In this document: piece after piece, positions 28,801-42,214 of the stretch | How positions within the stretch are numbered: position 1 is the first letter of the stretch | Layout: the number at the start of each line of letters is the position of its first letter | Assembly (NCBI GenBank): GCA_023231475.1 | Contig: JALJEE010002041.1 | Span: forward strand, 1-64,000 | DNA: 64,000 bases | Source of the DNA: Seison nebaliae | Taxonomy: Eukaryota | Direction: 5' to 3' | Program-made: the position numbers and the translations under genes | Notes under the pieces: generated by a model | The model's input: the letters and a program-made list of their open reading frames with translations, nothing else | The model's database searches: none | What the model was told of the DNA's origin: nothing

Positions 28801-29035
28801 GTCCGGATGACAAGAATAATGGTTCATAATGGATGAATAGTAGTCCGTTCACGATGAATAGTTGTCTTTATTAATACTAAATATTAGTCGTTATAAAATG
28901 AATAGATATCCAGATTGAATGACCAGTTGTCCTTAGTTGATGAATAGAAATCTATATCCGATGAATAAAGGTCCGAATGAAATAAATTAAAGTCCTCAAA
29001 ATCCGAATAAAGGTCTATAACCAAATGAATAACCC
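28801..29035. repeat. Degenerate 21-bp tandem array, consensus about GATGAATAGnnGTCC plus 6 variable nt
   Basis: GTCC-like cores at 28801, 28822, 28843, 28864, 28887, 28908, 28929, 28950, 28971, 28992 and 29013. Weaker copies extend back to about 28560. Confidence 0.8.
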
Positions 29036-30425
29036 TATATAATTCAATCTTAATTCAAACTTTCATAACGATGTTCGTTCGTCTGATTAATTAACATGAG
29101 AAAGTTAAATTTTATTTTTGTGTGAAACTTTCAAATTGAACTTGAACAAAATAGTTAATGATTTTTTTACTCTTTCTTATGATAAAATATTGAGTGGGAA
29201 AATGGTCGTACGTATAAGTTAGTCATTACAGTCGATGAAGCTACATGTATATGAGAGTCATCATACTATTTGACGATGCCGTCTATAGAATTAATAGCCT
29301 TGACTTACATAACATTCTATTCGTCTTTAGTTGCTGATATGAAATAATGAGTATTGCAATATGAGTAAGGAATGTAAATCGAAGAACTCGGTCGAAATTT
29401 ATTATCAACATTTCTCTGTATAGACTTCAAATGAATTATGAAATGATTCTGAAAGAATCATTCGATTCAGGAAATGAAATCGATTAGAATGTTTAAAGTT
29501 AAAGGAGATTTTCATTTCAATAAAATGTCCTAAAATAATTTATTATATTATTTTACTTGATTTGGATTACTGAAAATAAGTAAAGAGTGGTCATGTTTGA
29601 ACAGACACAGCTTAATCATTCAACCTGATGATAATAGGCCGATTTTTCTAATACGTATTCAATCAGTCTCTCTATTTGTTCACATGAATATAAGAATTAT
29701 AATCGAATGTGTTTTCTCTGAATTTGATGTCAGCACTTTCAATCTAAACATTTGATGGGAGCAAAATTTTCTTATTCATCATCTTTACCAGTCTTCCCAT
29801 TCGATGAATATTCTTCGGAATATTGCTAAACAATTTAATGCAAAATGTTGGCTAAGTAAACGATACAACTATAAAGTTCACAAAGTTTCTATACTTTTCT
29901 TCAGTTCCCTTTTTCCTTTAGTGTTATCTTAATCATTAGCTTTCCTCTTCTTCATTCTTTTCAACTAATTTCAAATAAAAGAATTGGTGATGGGGAAAAC
30001 ATTTTACGACATTTAATTTCTGTAACTTCAATTTTTTATTGATTTTCTTTATTTCTCCAATTTGTCGTTCTTTCTTGCTGAAGTGTTTTAACATTTTGAA
30101 GTCTTAAGAAAATGAAGGCAAACTAATTTGCTTTAGGCAGCAAAATTAAATGGGAAACATTTTTCTTATCCTTTTTTTATTCGACGCACCTTAAAATATC
30201 TCTTCGCTTTACGTTAAGAAATTTTTTTTCTGTCTAATATTTTTCAATGAATGAAGATAATTATTTGTTGTATGTTTACTTAACGATATTTTCTCTCATG
30301 TTCCTCAATTCGAATTTTTAACAACAGAAAAAAGATAAAATATCTATTTATCCAATTTTCTGACTGACTTTCTATTTACTTTTTTCATTTTCATTCAGAG
30401 TGAGAAATTCAATTCAAATTTGGGA

Positions 30426-32447
<2,022 letters not shown>

Positions 32448-32570
32448 GCAACTCGATTCATTAAATAAGAAGAATTCATTGAAAGAAATCTCTTTGGATT
32501 TCGAGAATTTTTCTTATTGAATCGAGTTCTCTCATCGTTAAAAAAAAGAAAACGTCCAATCTATCCTCTT

Positions 32571-32633
32571 AGAACAAATGACGTCATTATTAGTCAATCG
32601 ATATATTCGAACTGTAATGGCCGAAAAATTCTT
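32571..32633 (+). promoter_or_regulatory. SECIS element (type II) in the TGR 3' UTR
   Basis: ATGA at 32578. Helix II GTCATTAT(T)AGT pairs with ACTGTAATGGC. Unpaired AA, an apical mini-stem TCGA/TCGA, GA at 32623, and a flanking AGAA/TTCT helix I. Confidence 0.85.
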
Positions 32634-32985
32634 ATATATATCATACAACTTATTTGAAAGGAATCTTATTTTAGAAACAAATTCACTTTTTTTAAAAATG
32701 ATTTTCCTTCACAAATTTCTTTTAGCTATTAATATTTCTATCAAATTTAATATAAACTTCAATAAACAAACAAATATAATTAACGGAACTTTCCGCACTT
32801 TCTTCTTATATTCAAATAATTCTTTACTTATGAAACATTAAAACACCAATTTTCGTTATTATTATACAATATTTAACTTTTACGGAGAATATATGAATGT
32901 TTTGTAACGAGAAATGATAGAAACGAAAGTTGTTGAAAAAATGTATGAAATTCATATTTTTTGTTAGGAAACTTCATTCGTTACG

Positions 32986-35495
32986 ATGGCAACAAGTGGA
33001 GGAGTTATGGAGGAACTTATTAACTATCCTAAAGGATTACAACGAATTGAGAATGAACTAAAATTATCTGTTGATTTTCAGAACAGTTCCCGTTCAATTT
33101 TTAACAAATATCCCATTTCTACTTATTTCAGGGAGCAATTTGGATAAAGATGATGATGAAGAGCATAGTTTTAACGAGAAGAAGAAAAAGAATAAATTTG
33201 GTTAGTTAATAAATGTGTTTGAACGTATCCCGTTAATTGACATTAGTGCCGAAAAATGTTAAAACAATACGAGATGATTTATTATTCGACCAGAAAACCA
33301 ATCAGTTCTATGAGAAAGTTTTCGGGAAGGAATATCCATTAAAATCTTCGTTCTCTTCAGGAAATGTCAAAAGTTCTTCCTCAAATTTTTCATGATATCA
33401 ATCTCTTATTTACGAATAGCTGGAATAATGGAAGAGTTACAGGGCAAATTTAACGAGGATACATTCGGTTTTAAAACTCGTCGACAATTCATTCATCGAC
33501 GATGGAGACAATTACCTAAAGAAGTTGGAGTTTAATTACGAATCGGAAGTCAAACGATTATGAATAGTTGAAAAGTAATATAAGAAAAACGTCATTGAAA
33601 ATTCCCGTTGCAGCACCAAAAGACAATGTTTCAGCTGAGCCGAATAACTCTCGTTCACTAATTCAAAAAATATTGTCCAGTTATAACTGATTTTTTTTCA
33701 ATTTCAAGTTGTTTTACTTAAATGCATAAATCAATTAGTATGGAGAAATGAATGGAATCTTTCAGGTATCTGGGAAGAAGCTACGAAAATGTCGATTTTA
33801 CATCTACTTAAAGATATTCATACAATCAACCAAATTCGAGGATTAATCTTGGCATCAAAATTAACGGAACATTTAGTCAAGGACAATTCGTATGAAAAAA
33901 TTTTGGATGAATCCCATTTAAAAGATGATATCAAGAAAAATTTTAATTTAAGTTACAAACTTTTTAATGAAGACTTCTGAATTTTATATACTATGCAGAT
34001 CGAAGTTTAATACCATCTGATTTATTTGAAGAAGTCAAATCATTATTATATGCATCTGATGAGAAAGTGTGTTTAGCAGCTGCTATAACATTAACTGCAT
34101 TCCACTACTTTGATGATAAAGTTTATAATTTGGAGTTTATTTAATATATTTACTTGCTTAGTCGTCTTCAATTTTGGAGAGATCTCAGACACATAACTCG
34201 ACGGTTGCCAATCTTCTCTTGTACTTTGGGCGAATCAACGAACTAATTATTGATCAATTCATTGTCGCTTATTTCAATGTGGAGACAGAACATGAGAGAA
34301 ACATATTTATCGATATAATTAATCGAATTACTTATTCCACCATTATGGAAGTTTGAAAATTGTTGAAGTTGTTATTTTATTTTAAATATATATGTCGAAA
34401 TATCAGAATGGAGTTCAGCAAAGAGCAATAAAATTAATGAATTCTTCTATAACTAAACAATCTTTAATTATTCATCGATTATTGCAAACGATCAGCAAAC
34501 CTTTAAATTCAGTTACTTTAAAATTTCTTTTATTCTTCACTTTTCCTTCTTAGCATCTGAAATGTAAATTAATTGATAATGTTCGATTCTCCAAAGGATT
34601 TTTTACGACTCAATTGAAAACAGTGGCAATTGAAACATTGTTGAAGTGTGGCCATAAACAAGATTTATTAAATATCATTAGTGATGATTTGGAAGATGCA
34701 ATTTCGATGGCAGATACTCGAAATCGAAATGAAATTGTTGAGAATTTATTGAAAGAAATCCAAATAATAGGTTCATTTCAATTAACGAAATTTCATCATG
34801 TCATTATTTTAAAGGATTCGCTAATGAGACAATAGAAGAACAGATGTCGATTTGTTTAGGGTTTGGTGACGACAGTCTTCAGATATTGGTCCTCAATGTA
34901 TGTAGGTGTATCGGATTGAAGAATGAAGACATTTCAAAAGTTTGCCAAAACATTCTTCAATCTTCTTTCTCTCATACCGAACAAGCGATCCTGGCAATTA
35001 TGGATTGTTAATTTTTTATTTATCAAAATCAGAATATTGTTTTCTTAAGATATTATGGAGATTGAGGAGGTTTATAAATTCATTAACGAATTAAAAACTA
35101 TAGCTAGTTTGGAGAACCGGAAGCTTCTTCGACAAAATGCTTGTGAAGCACTTTCAACTTATATCGTCACTCATCCTCAATTGAATCACATGCACACTGC
35201 AGCTAAAATTGAGAGATTCCTCCAGGAAAGATATAAAGCCGAACCTAGTTATTCTGTATCAAAGTTCTTTTACTTTTCCAAAATTATTAGATGTTTTTAT
35301 TTGAACGTTGTTTTTAGGAAACTTGAAAAAATATTAAACGAACTAAACATAAAAATCGAAGCGTGGTCACAAGAGACAACGGAATTATCGAAATCTACGA
35401 TTAATCAGTTTTTGGAGGACGAACGTCATGGCAAAATTATGAAAACGGCATCACTTTATTTCATGAAGAAGTCACTTCCTCATCGAATTGATTAG
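32986..35495 (+). CDS. Multi-exon alpha-helical (HEAT/ARM-like) protein; exon structure only partly resolved
   Basis: Chain of short ORFs separated by GTT...AG segments. Fragments such as LLYASDEKVCLAAAITL, LKTVAIETLLK and LRQNACEAL are HEAT-like. Confidence 0.45.
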
Positions 35496-35630
35496 ATTTG
35501 TTTTTAGTCGGTTAACTCAAAAAAAAACTTATCAAAATAAATGAAAAAGTAGTCGAATCAATTGTGAATAGAATTTTCACTTTTCCTTTTTTAGAAACTT
35601 TTCTTTCTACTGTTCTTAAGTTTTCTCTCT

Positions 35631-36823
35631 ATGAATCGTTATGACAATTGCAAACTAAGTAAGAGTAATATTGATAAGGAAGAAATCAAAGCAACTTTTA
35701 AAAAATTATTGGAAGAAGTTTCAGATAATCTTTAAATTATTTTCTCTTTTAAACTCTAACCAGACATTAGACATGGGACAATTAGATTTTTTATTCGATT
35801 CCAAGTTAATTAGGTAGAGACAATAAAATGAAATCTTTTAGTTTGCAGAATACCTATCGATGAAAGTCGTAAAATCGAAGAAGATAATTTCATAAAACAG
35901 TTCAACAAAATCATTCATCTTCAACAGAAGCAAGAACCAGCAATTAATCGTTTCTTACTAATTCTCTATAATCGTCAATAATCCATTGTTTAATTAGATA
36001 TGATATGTCAAATGAAACAACGTCCAAAATCTACATCGAATCTTCGTAAAAATTTGGAAGCTCTCGATATCAATGGAAGTTTCAGTCAAGATATAAGTTA
36101 CAAAATATCATCACCTTGGATTTTAAGGAAACGTGAAGAAGGACCATTCGTCAATGCTCAACATATTAATACAACTCTGGACACATTGACGAAATCAGAA
36201 GGAGAAACAACAGCAAATGATCCCAGTACCTTAACTGTCATCAATGTGGAACAAGGTCAATATGACGGTAGCGAACCAGTAATTCGTAATGGACCGACAA
36301 CTGTACCATTTTCTTGTATTCCAATTGAGTTTTCATTAAAAGAGAAAATTTTAAAACTCTTAAAAGTTTACCCAAACACAGAATCACCCGATGTGGTGGC
36401 GAAAGAACCAAATGATGAAAATACTCCCGTACACTCAGAAACGACACAATCGTTAATGCAGGAATTATCTCATACTCCAAAACAAGAATCTCAGTCACCA
36501 CAAAACCCTTCTGGAACTGAGACAAATGATACTACAGTTTCAGATGATGGAGGAAATATTACGAGTGATGAAGATGTGACGGGTGTCTATAAAATATCAC
36601 CTGATGAAACAACGAGTATGAGTATTCATCCGATCGACAGTAAACTGATTTTAGTGACTCCACGTAAGGGACAATGTTGTGCTTGTTCTCCGTGTTGTAA
36701 GAACTGTTCGATCCAATGAATATTATTCTTCCCATATCCATATATCTCTTAGTTGGTCATGCATTTAAGGAAAAGTATTGTTTAGCAGATTTGTTAGTTC
36801 TTCCTCCTAATCTGTCAATGTAG
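35631..36823 (+). CDS. Unknown protein with Ser/Thr-rich region and Cys cluster, about 5 exons
   Basis: Three short GTT-AG introns link the ATG at 35631 in frame to the 239-aa ORF. A probable last intron at 36706-36752 leads to a stop at 36823. Confidence 0.5.
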
Positions 36824-37456
36824 ACGACATCATTTCCAGAAACTGAATGTAAATAGATTTCATTTTTAATGTCTTCCTATTTTTCAAAATAATTAAATTA
36901 TTTATTTCCGAAAAGAAGTTATGAAACTAGGAAAATTTAGTGAATAAAATTTATTAGACATTTATTATCTTTAAAAATTTTGATTTCAAAATCATTATTT
37001 GTAAATGAATGATAATTTCAAATTAAATTGTTTACGTACAACTCTCCATGATTGATAGCGATATCAATTTTTCATATTTAACATTCCTCAACGTCTTTAA
37101 GTAAATATATATGAGGAGGACTATTTATTTCGAATTAAAGAGAATAAAATGGAATTGAGAAAAATATCTTGCCATTCTCTCGTCAGTGATATCGTTATCG
37201 GTCAAACACTAAAAATAAACGATTATTCGAAGTAATTATACAACAATTATTTGATTAATGATCATTTACGTTTTGTTTGATGATGGTGTTCGACATTCTA
37301 AAATTACGTCATTCTATTACTCAGAATGACATAAGTTCGACATAAATTGATTTGTATAATAAAATCTAGTTTGACACTTATATTTCAGAATATTGTTCAG
37401 TCGAATTCTTTCCATCTTATCATTTTACTTCTTTCTCCACTCAATAACATTTAGCT

Positions 37457-38080
37457 ATGCCTAAGAAATATACTCTACATTATTTCAATGCTAAAGGAGC
37501 TGCTGAATTCATTCGGTACATGTTCGCTTTCAAAGACGTTCATTTCAAAGATAAACGTTATGAGAATGAGACGTGGATTGAAGCAAAACCGAAAATGCCA
37601 TTCGGTCAAGTTCCCGTCTTAACAATCGACAACGACGTTACTCTTTGTCAATCCAAAACAATTGGTCGTTACATTGCAAACGAATTGGGACTAGCCGGAA
37701 GGAATAATTTGGAACGTGCTAAAGCCGACGAATTTGTCGATCAAATGTCAGACGCTCATAGTGAAATAGCCAAAATGTACTTTGCGAAAGATGATCCGGA
37801 GAAGGTGAAGGAAATTTTCAAAGATCTGACAACGAAAATTTTGGATCCCAAATTGCGACCGTTAGAAGATATGTTGAAGACGAGTAAAACAGATTTTATT
37901 ATCGGAAATGATTTGACTTGGGCCGACTTCTATGTGGCTTCTTTCATATCGTTATGGAAAATATTTAATTTAGGTGATTTCTTACAACAATATCCCAATT
38001 TATTGAAGGTGCAGGAGACGGTGGAGAAATTGCCAGAAATCAAACGATGGATGAGAAAACGACCAGTGACAGAACACTGA
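37457..38080 (+). CDS. Sigma-class glutathione S-transferase (intronless)
   Basis: YTLHYFNAKGAAEFIRYMF, MPFGQVPVL, QSKTIGRY, LTWADF, WMRKRP. Confidence 0.92.
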   Translation: MPKKYTLHYFNAKGAAEFIRYMFAFKDVHFKDKRYENETWIEAKPKMPFGQVPVLTIDNDVTLCQSKTIGRYIANELGLAGRNNLERAKADEFVDQMSDAHSEIAKMYFAKDDPEKVKEIFKDLTTKILDPKLRPLEDMLKTSKTDFIIGNDLTWADFYVASFISLWKIFNLGDFLQQYPNLLKVQETVEKLPEIKRWMRKRPVTEH

Positions 38081-38464
38081 AAAGAGAATAAAATCTTTAT
38101 TAATTAGGTGATTTGATAGTTGTATTTTAGAAATAAAATTTTGGAAAGTTTTGATATTAACAAAAAAGGTTGAGAATTCGGATAAGAATCTAAAGTAATC
38201 GGAATTCACGAAAGAATGATTAGAAGATAAAGTCCAAATAAATTGTTAAAAAATGATTTTCACATGTCTACTACATGTAGAAGGTTTGTTTATCTAAATG
38301 ACGAGTTGGTATATAAACGAGGAGAGGTGATGGAAACAAGTGTCATATGAATACACAACAGTTTTCATACAATAAGAAATAAGGAGGAAATCTTTTGAAA
38401 TTTTAGTTTGAGTTTTCTTTAATAAAACTTCTTATTCATTCGAATACTTTTTTCCCATTAGAAT

Positions 38465-39545
38465 ATGAAATCATTTGTTATCCTTCTCACTTTGTTTACT
38501 ATCCACGTAGTAGTAACGAGAGAACTTCGTAAACCGAATTTACCTGCATTCTCCAAACAACTTATCTATTATGTGAATCATGCTCAAGAGGAATGGCAAG
38601 CGAATGAGAAAAGTGAAGGAATTAGTTTAGAAGCATTCAAGAAAACTCTTGGTGTTCCCAAATCATATTTCGAAAGGAATGATCGTCTTCCACCTCTTCC
38701 AGAAAATGAACGACCGAAAGTTAATTCGATTCCCACCGAATTCGATTCAAGAAAACAATGGCCCAATTGTCCGACAATTAAAGAAATTAGAGATCAAGGA
38801 TCATGTGGCTCATGTTGGGCATTCGGAGCAGTTGAAGCGATGAGTGATCGTATCTGTATTCATTCGAAAGGAAATGTTAATGTTCATGTCTCCTCAGAAG
38901 ATTTGTTGACATGTTGTTTCACTTGTGGTTTTGGATGTAATGGAGGATATCCAGAATCTGCATGGAGTTATTTCCGTCATAAAGGTTTAGTGACAGGTGG
39001 ACAATATGATTCTCATCAAGGATGTCGACCATACACTATCGAAGCTTGTGAACATCATATCAATGGAACACGACCACCATGTCACGAAGGCGGTTCAACA
39101 CCCAAATGTGAACATAAATGTGAATCTAGTTATACCGTCCCTTATACAAAAGATAAACATTATGGCTTATCTGCTTATTCCGTCCCAAGTTCTGTGGAAG
39201 AAGTTTCTAATTTTTTATTTCTTCTTATTATTCGATTAAATTCTATTTTTTTAATAGATCCAAAAAGAAATCATGACCAATGGACCAGTTGAAGGTGCAT
39301 TTTCCGTCTATGCCGATTTCCCAACATACAAAAGTGGTGTCTATCGACATACAGCAGGAGAATTCTTAGGAGGACATGCTATCCGTATTTTAGGATGGGG
39401 AGTTGAGAATGATACTCCTTATTGGCTTGTTGCTAATTCATGGAATAATGATTGGGGAGATCATGGTTACTTCAAAATCTTAAGAGGTTCTGATGAGTGT
39501 GGAATCGAAGATGAAATTGTTGCTGGTATGCCAAAAGAAGAGTAA
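38465..39545 (+). CDS. CTSB: Cathepsin B, 2 exons
   Basis: Signal peptide and propeptide, [22 protein letters not shown], occluding loop [24 protein letters not shown]. Confidence 0.95.
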
Positions 39546-40269
39546 ATTTAAAAAGAAAACACTCCAAATAGAACTTGTCAATTGTTCAACTATAATTCCA
39601 TTTATAATATTTCCTATATTCCATAATGTTTAATATTATTTAAAATTTGAATTCGACCATCTAAATTTCAAATTTTTAAATAATTCCAAAGAAGATTCTA
39701 CTCAATCTTTTTCTTAAAATCATTCTTTTTTTATTTTCAAATCATTTCAAATAATAATTATTCTTATAGTCAATTTATTTTGAAATTTCTTTTTAAAAAT
39801 TCGACGGATTTTAATCGATGGAAGAGAATCAATTACAATTCGTCATTTTTAATGTTTTTTGAAGTTCAAACTTTGAACAACGAATCGATTCATCTACACA
39901 TAAAAAGAAGATATATTGCAAAAAATTTGTCTATTAAGAATTGACGATGTATTGGGGGAAGTTAAATTGAGCGTGAAGATCGTCACGGCCGCTGATCATT
40001 ACAAATAATATTAGTTTTTATGAATGCAGATGGGAGAGAAACGCATCTATCTTTTCTCATCTCTGAATATGAATTAATGATCTTAAAATTAATTGTTAGA
40101 CATTGTTTAAATGAAGGAGAAGACGGTGAATAAGAGAACTCTACTAATTATTAGTATCTATTAAAATTATTATATGAATTAATCTAATTTCTCTCAATGG
40201 AATCGGATGAAGAGAAGAAACTTTGAAATTTAAATATAATTCTTATCATTCAGCAAATCTAAAAAGACT

Positions 40270-42105
40270 ATGAATACTGCTCCATATGTAACCTTACCAA
40301 CCATACAAATCGATCAATTGCCAGCTAATGCAACAATCAGAACGTTTCCCAAACACCTCGTCATTCCCATTGGGACGACGAAGTCCAATCCAATTATCCC
40401 CCAATCACTATATGCGCCACCACCACCTCTTACTTCCAAGACAACGACGAATGCAACTCATATCAAGACCAATCACTCAAATGACGTCATGAGCAAGTGG
40501 AAAAGGTCAACTTCGACATCGTCACCATCAACGAGTTCGATACGCTTATTGAATGAATCAAATATTCAACGACTATTTCCTACAACTATCGTAGAAACTC
40601 CATTATCACAAATCGACAAAAGAAGTGAAAATAAATTAAAATCATCATCCGCGTCGTCCATTGACACAACTGATAAACATAGTACTCGAATAAAATCTGG
40701 AAGTATAATATCTGAGAATCTCTCATCGAATAACAATAAACAATTAGATCTTATAACATTTAATAAAAAGAATAATTTTATTAACGGAAATTCTGATTAT
40801 AATCGATTACCACCAATTTTAGAAACGAGTGAAACTGAATCAATTCAATCCGCAACAAACATGCAACCTACTTCACAAGTCGTCGACTTAAACGGTAAAC
40901 AATATCGTGTCGTCAGTATTAAATCATCGAATGATGGAGAAGTTGAAGATCATTCAAGAATGAAAAATAATCCAAATAGTTTAACATTATCCACCTTACC
41001 TCAAAATGAGGATAAGCAAGTTAATCTTAATGTTCTCTCCAAATTCACACATTCCCAAGTTCAACAATCACAAATATTGGAAGAACAAAAACGTTTGATA
41101 GTTGATACGAATGAAAAATTGAAATTTATTCGTCAACGAGATAATCTCCAACAGAAGCATATAAGAAAATTGGAGAAAGAGAAACAGATGATTTTAAATG
41201 CATTCCAGAATCTCAATACGAATTTGATGGATAATAATTTAAATGATACGACGGATGATGATGATGAGAACTATTTATATGGATTCAATCAAAATCAAAC
41301 GAACGGTTATTATTTGGGAGATAATTATGCAAAAAGTAATTCATTTGTTGAGTACAATCCAAATCGTTCGATTCTCAATCATAGTTTCAATGATGATTTC
41401 AATATGGAGAATCCATATAAATTTAAGAAATATTCAAAGAAATCTTCTAAACGATATAAATCGAACGTAACACCAAAAGTGGAATACTCGATCAAATTAC
41501 CAAATGGTGAAAGATTGAAAGATAAGGAGGCACAAAGATTAATCCGTTCCATGGAATCCGCTATTAGACAATCAAATAATAGAAAGATGGAAATTGAGGA
41601 ATTGAATGATGATTCATTCAAATCGAATGACACTAAACATTCCCATTCTACTATCGTGGAAGAAGTGTCATCGAATATTCGAACGGCATTTCGCCCATCA
41701 ACCGATAATTCGTTATTAAATGACATGAACGAAAAAGAAAAGGTAAAACATGAGAAGAAGACGATGGTCGATTCCCGAGGTGAGACTCCACTCTTTATTC
41801 CATATCGAGAAGAGTTAAGAACGAAAGATAATGTTAATCATTCTATTTCTCTTAATGAAGAAAGTGATTTATCTGATAGAGACGAAAATACGATTGTTGA
41901 ACAACAACGAACTATATTCACCAAGAACGAATTGGAACCGGAAGACATGTCTACACTTGGTGACGATGTCATTCAACGTTATAATGCTCAGATTAATAAT
42001 ACATTCGATTCATCATCAGCTTTATATCGTTCTTTGCCTAATCGAAGACGACGTCGTCGACAGAAACATCAAGAAAAAGAAGATAATTTAGAAAAGGAAA
42101 ATTAA
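40270..42105 (+). CDS. Unknown disordered/coiled-coil protein (611 aa)
   Basis: Long ORF, Ser/Asn-rich, with a central coiled-coil-like segment and a basic RRRRRQK motif near the C-terminus. Confidence 0.65.
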   Translation: MNTAPYVTLPTIQIDQLPANATIRTFPKHLVIPIGTTKSNPIIPQSLYAPPPPLTSKTTTNATHIKTNHSNDVMSKWKRSTSTSSPSTSSIRLLNESNIQRLFPTTIVETPLSQIDKRSENKLKSSSASSIDTTDKHSTRIKSGSIISENLSSNNNKQLDLITFNKKNNFINGNSDYNRLPPILETSETESIQSATNMQPTSQVVDLNGKQYRVVSIKSSNDGEVEDHSRMKNNPNSLTLSTLPQNEDKQVNLNVLSKFTHSQVQQSQILEEQKRLIVDTNEKLKFIRQRDNLQQKHIRKLEKEKQMILNAFQNLNTNLMDNNLNDTTDDDDENYLYGFNQNQTNGYYLGDNYAKSNSFVEYNPNRSILNHSFNDDFNMENPYKFKKYSKKSSKRYKSNVTPKVEYSIKLPNGERLKDKEAQRLIRSMESAIRQSNNRKMEIEELNDDSFKSNDTKHSHSTIVEEVSSNIRTAFRPSTDNSLLNDMNEKEKVKHEKKTMVDSRGETPLFIPYREELRTKDNVNHSISLNEESDLSDRDENTIVEQQRTIFTKNELEPEDMSTLGDDVIQRYNAQINNTFDSSSALYRSLPNRRRRRRQKHQEKEDNLEKEN

Positions 42106-42214
42106 TAAGTTCTTCTTTTCTATTAGAAATTCTTTTTCCTCTTATTTTCATTTGATTTGAGTGTAACTGATTTGAAAGAAGGAAAATTTATCAATTTTCA
42201 ATCAATTTTTCTTT

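Noticed and set aside
28801..29035. Repeat-spacer array as CRISPR or as a heptad-coding exon
   Set aside because: Units are 21 bp with spacers of about 6 nt, the repeats are degenerate, the context is eukaryotic and there are no cas genes. The minus-strand DxYSS frame contains stops and a frameshift.
39960..40070. U3 snoRNA-like box B (GAGCGTGAAG) followed by a hairpin and CTGA
   Set aside because: No box A/A' or properly placed box C. Probably upstream sequence of the 40270 gene.
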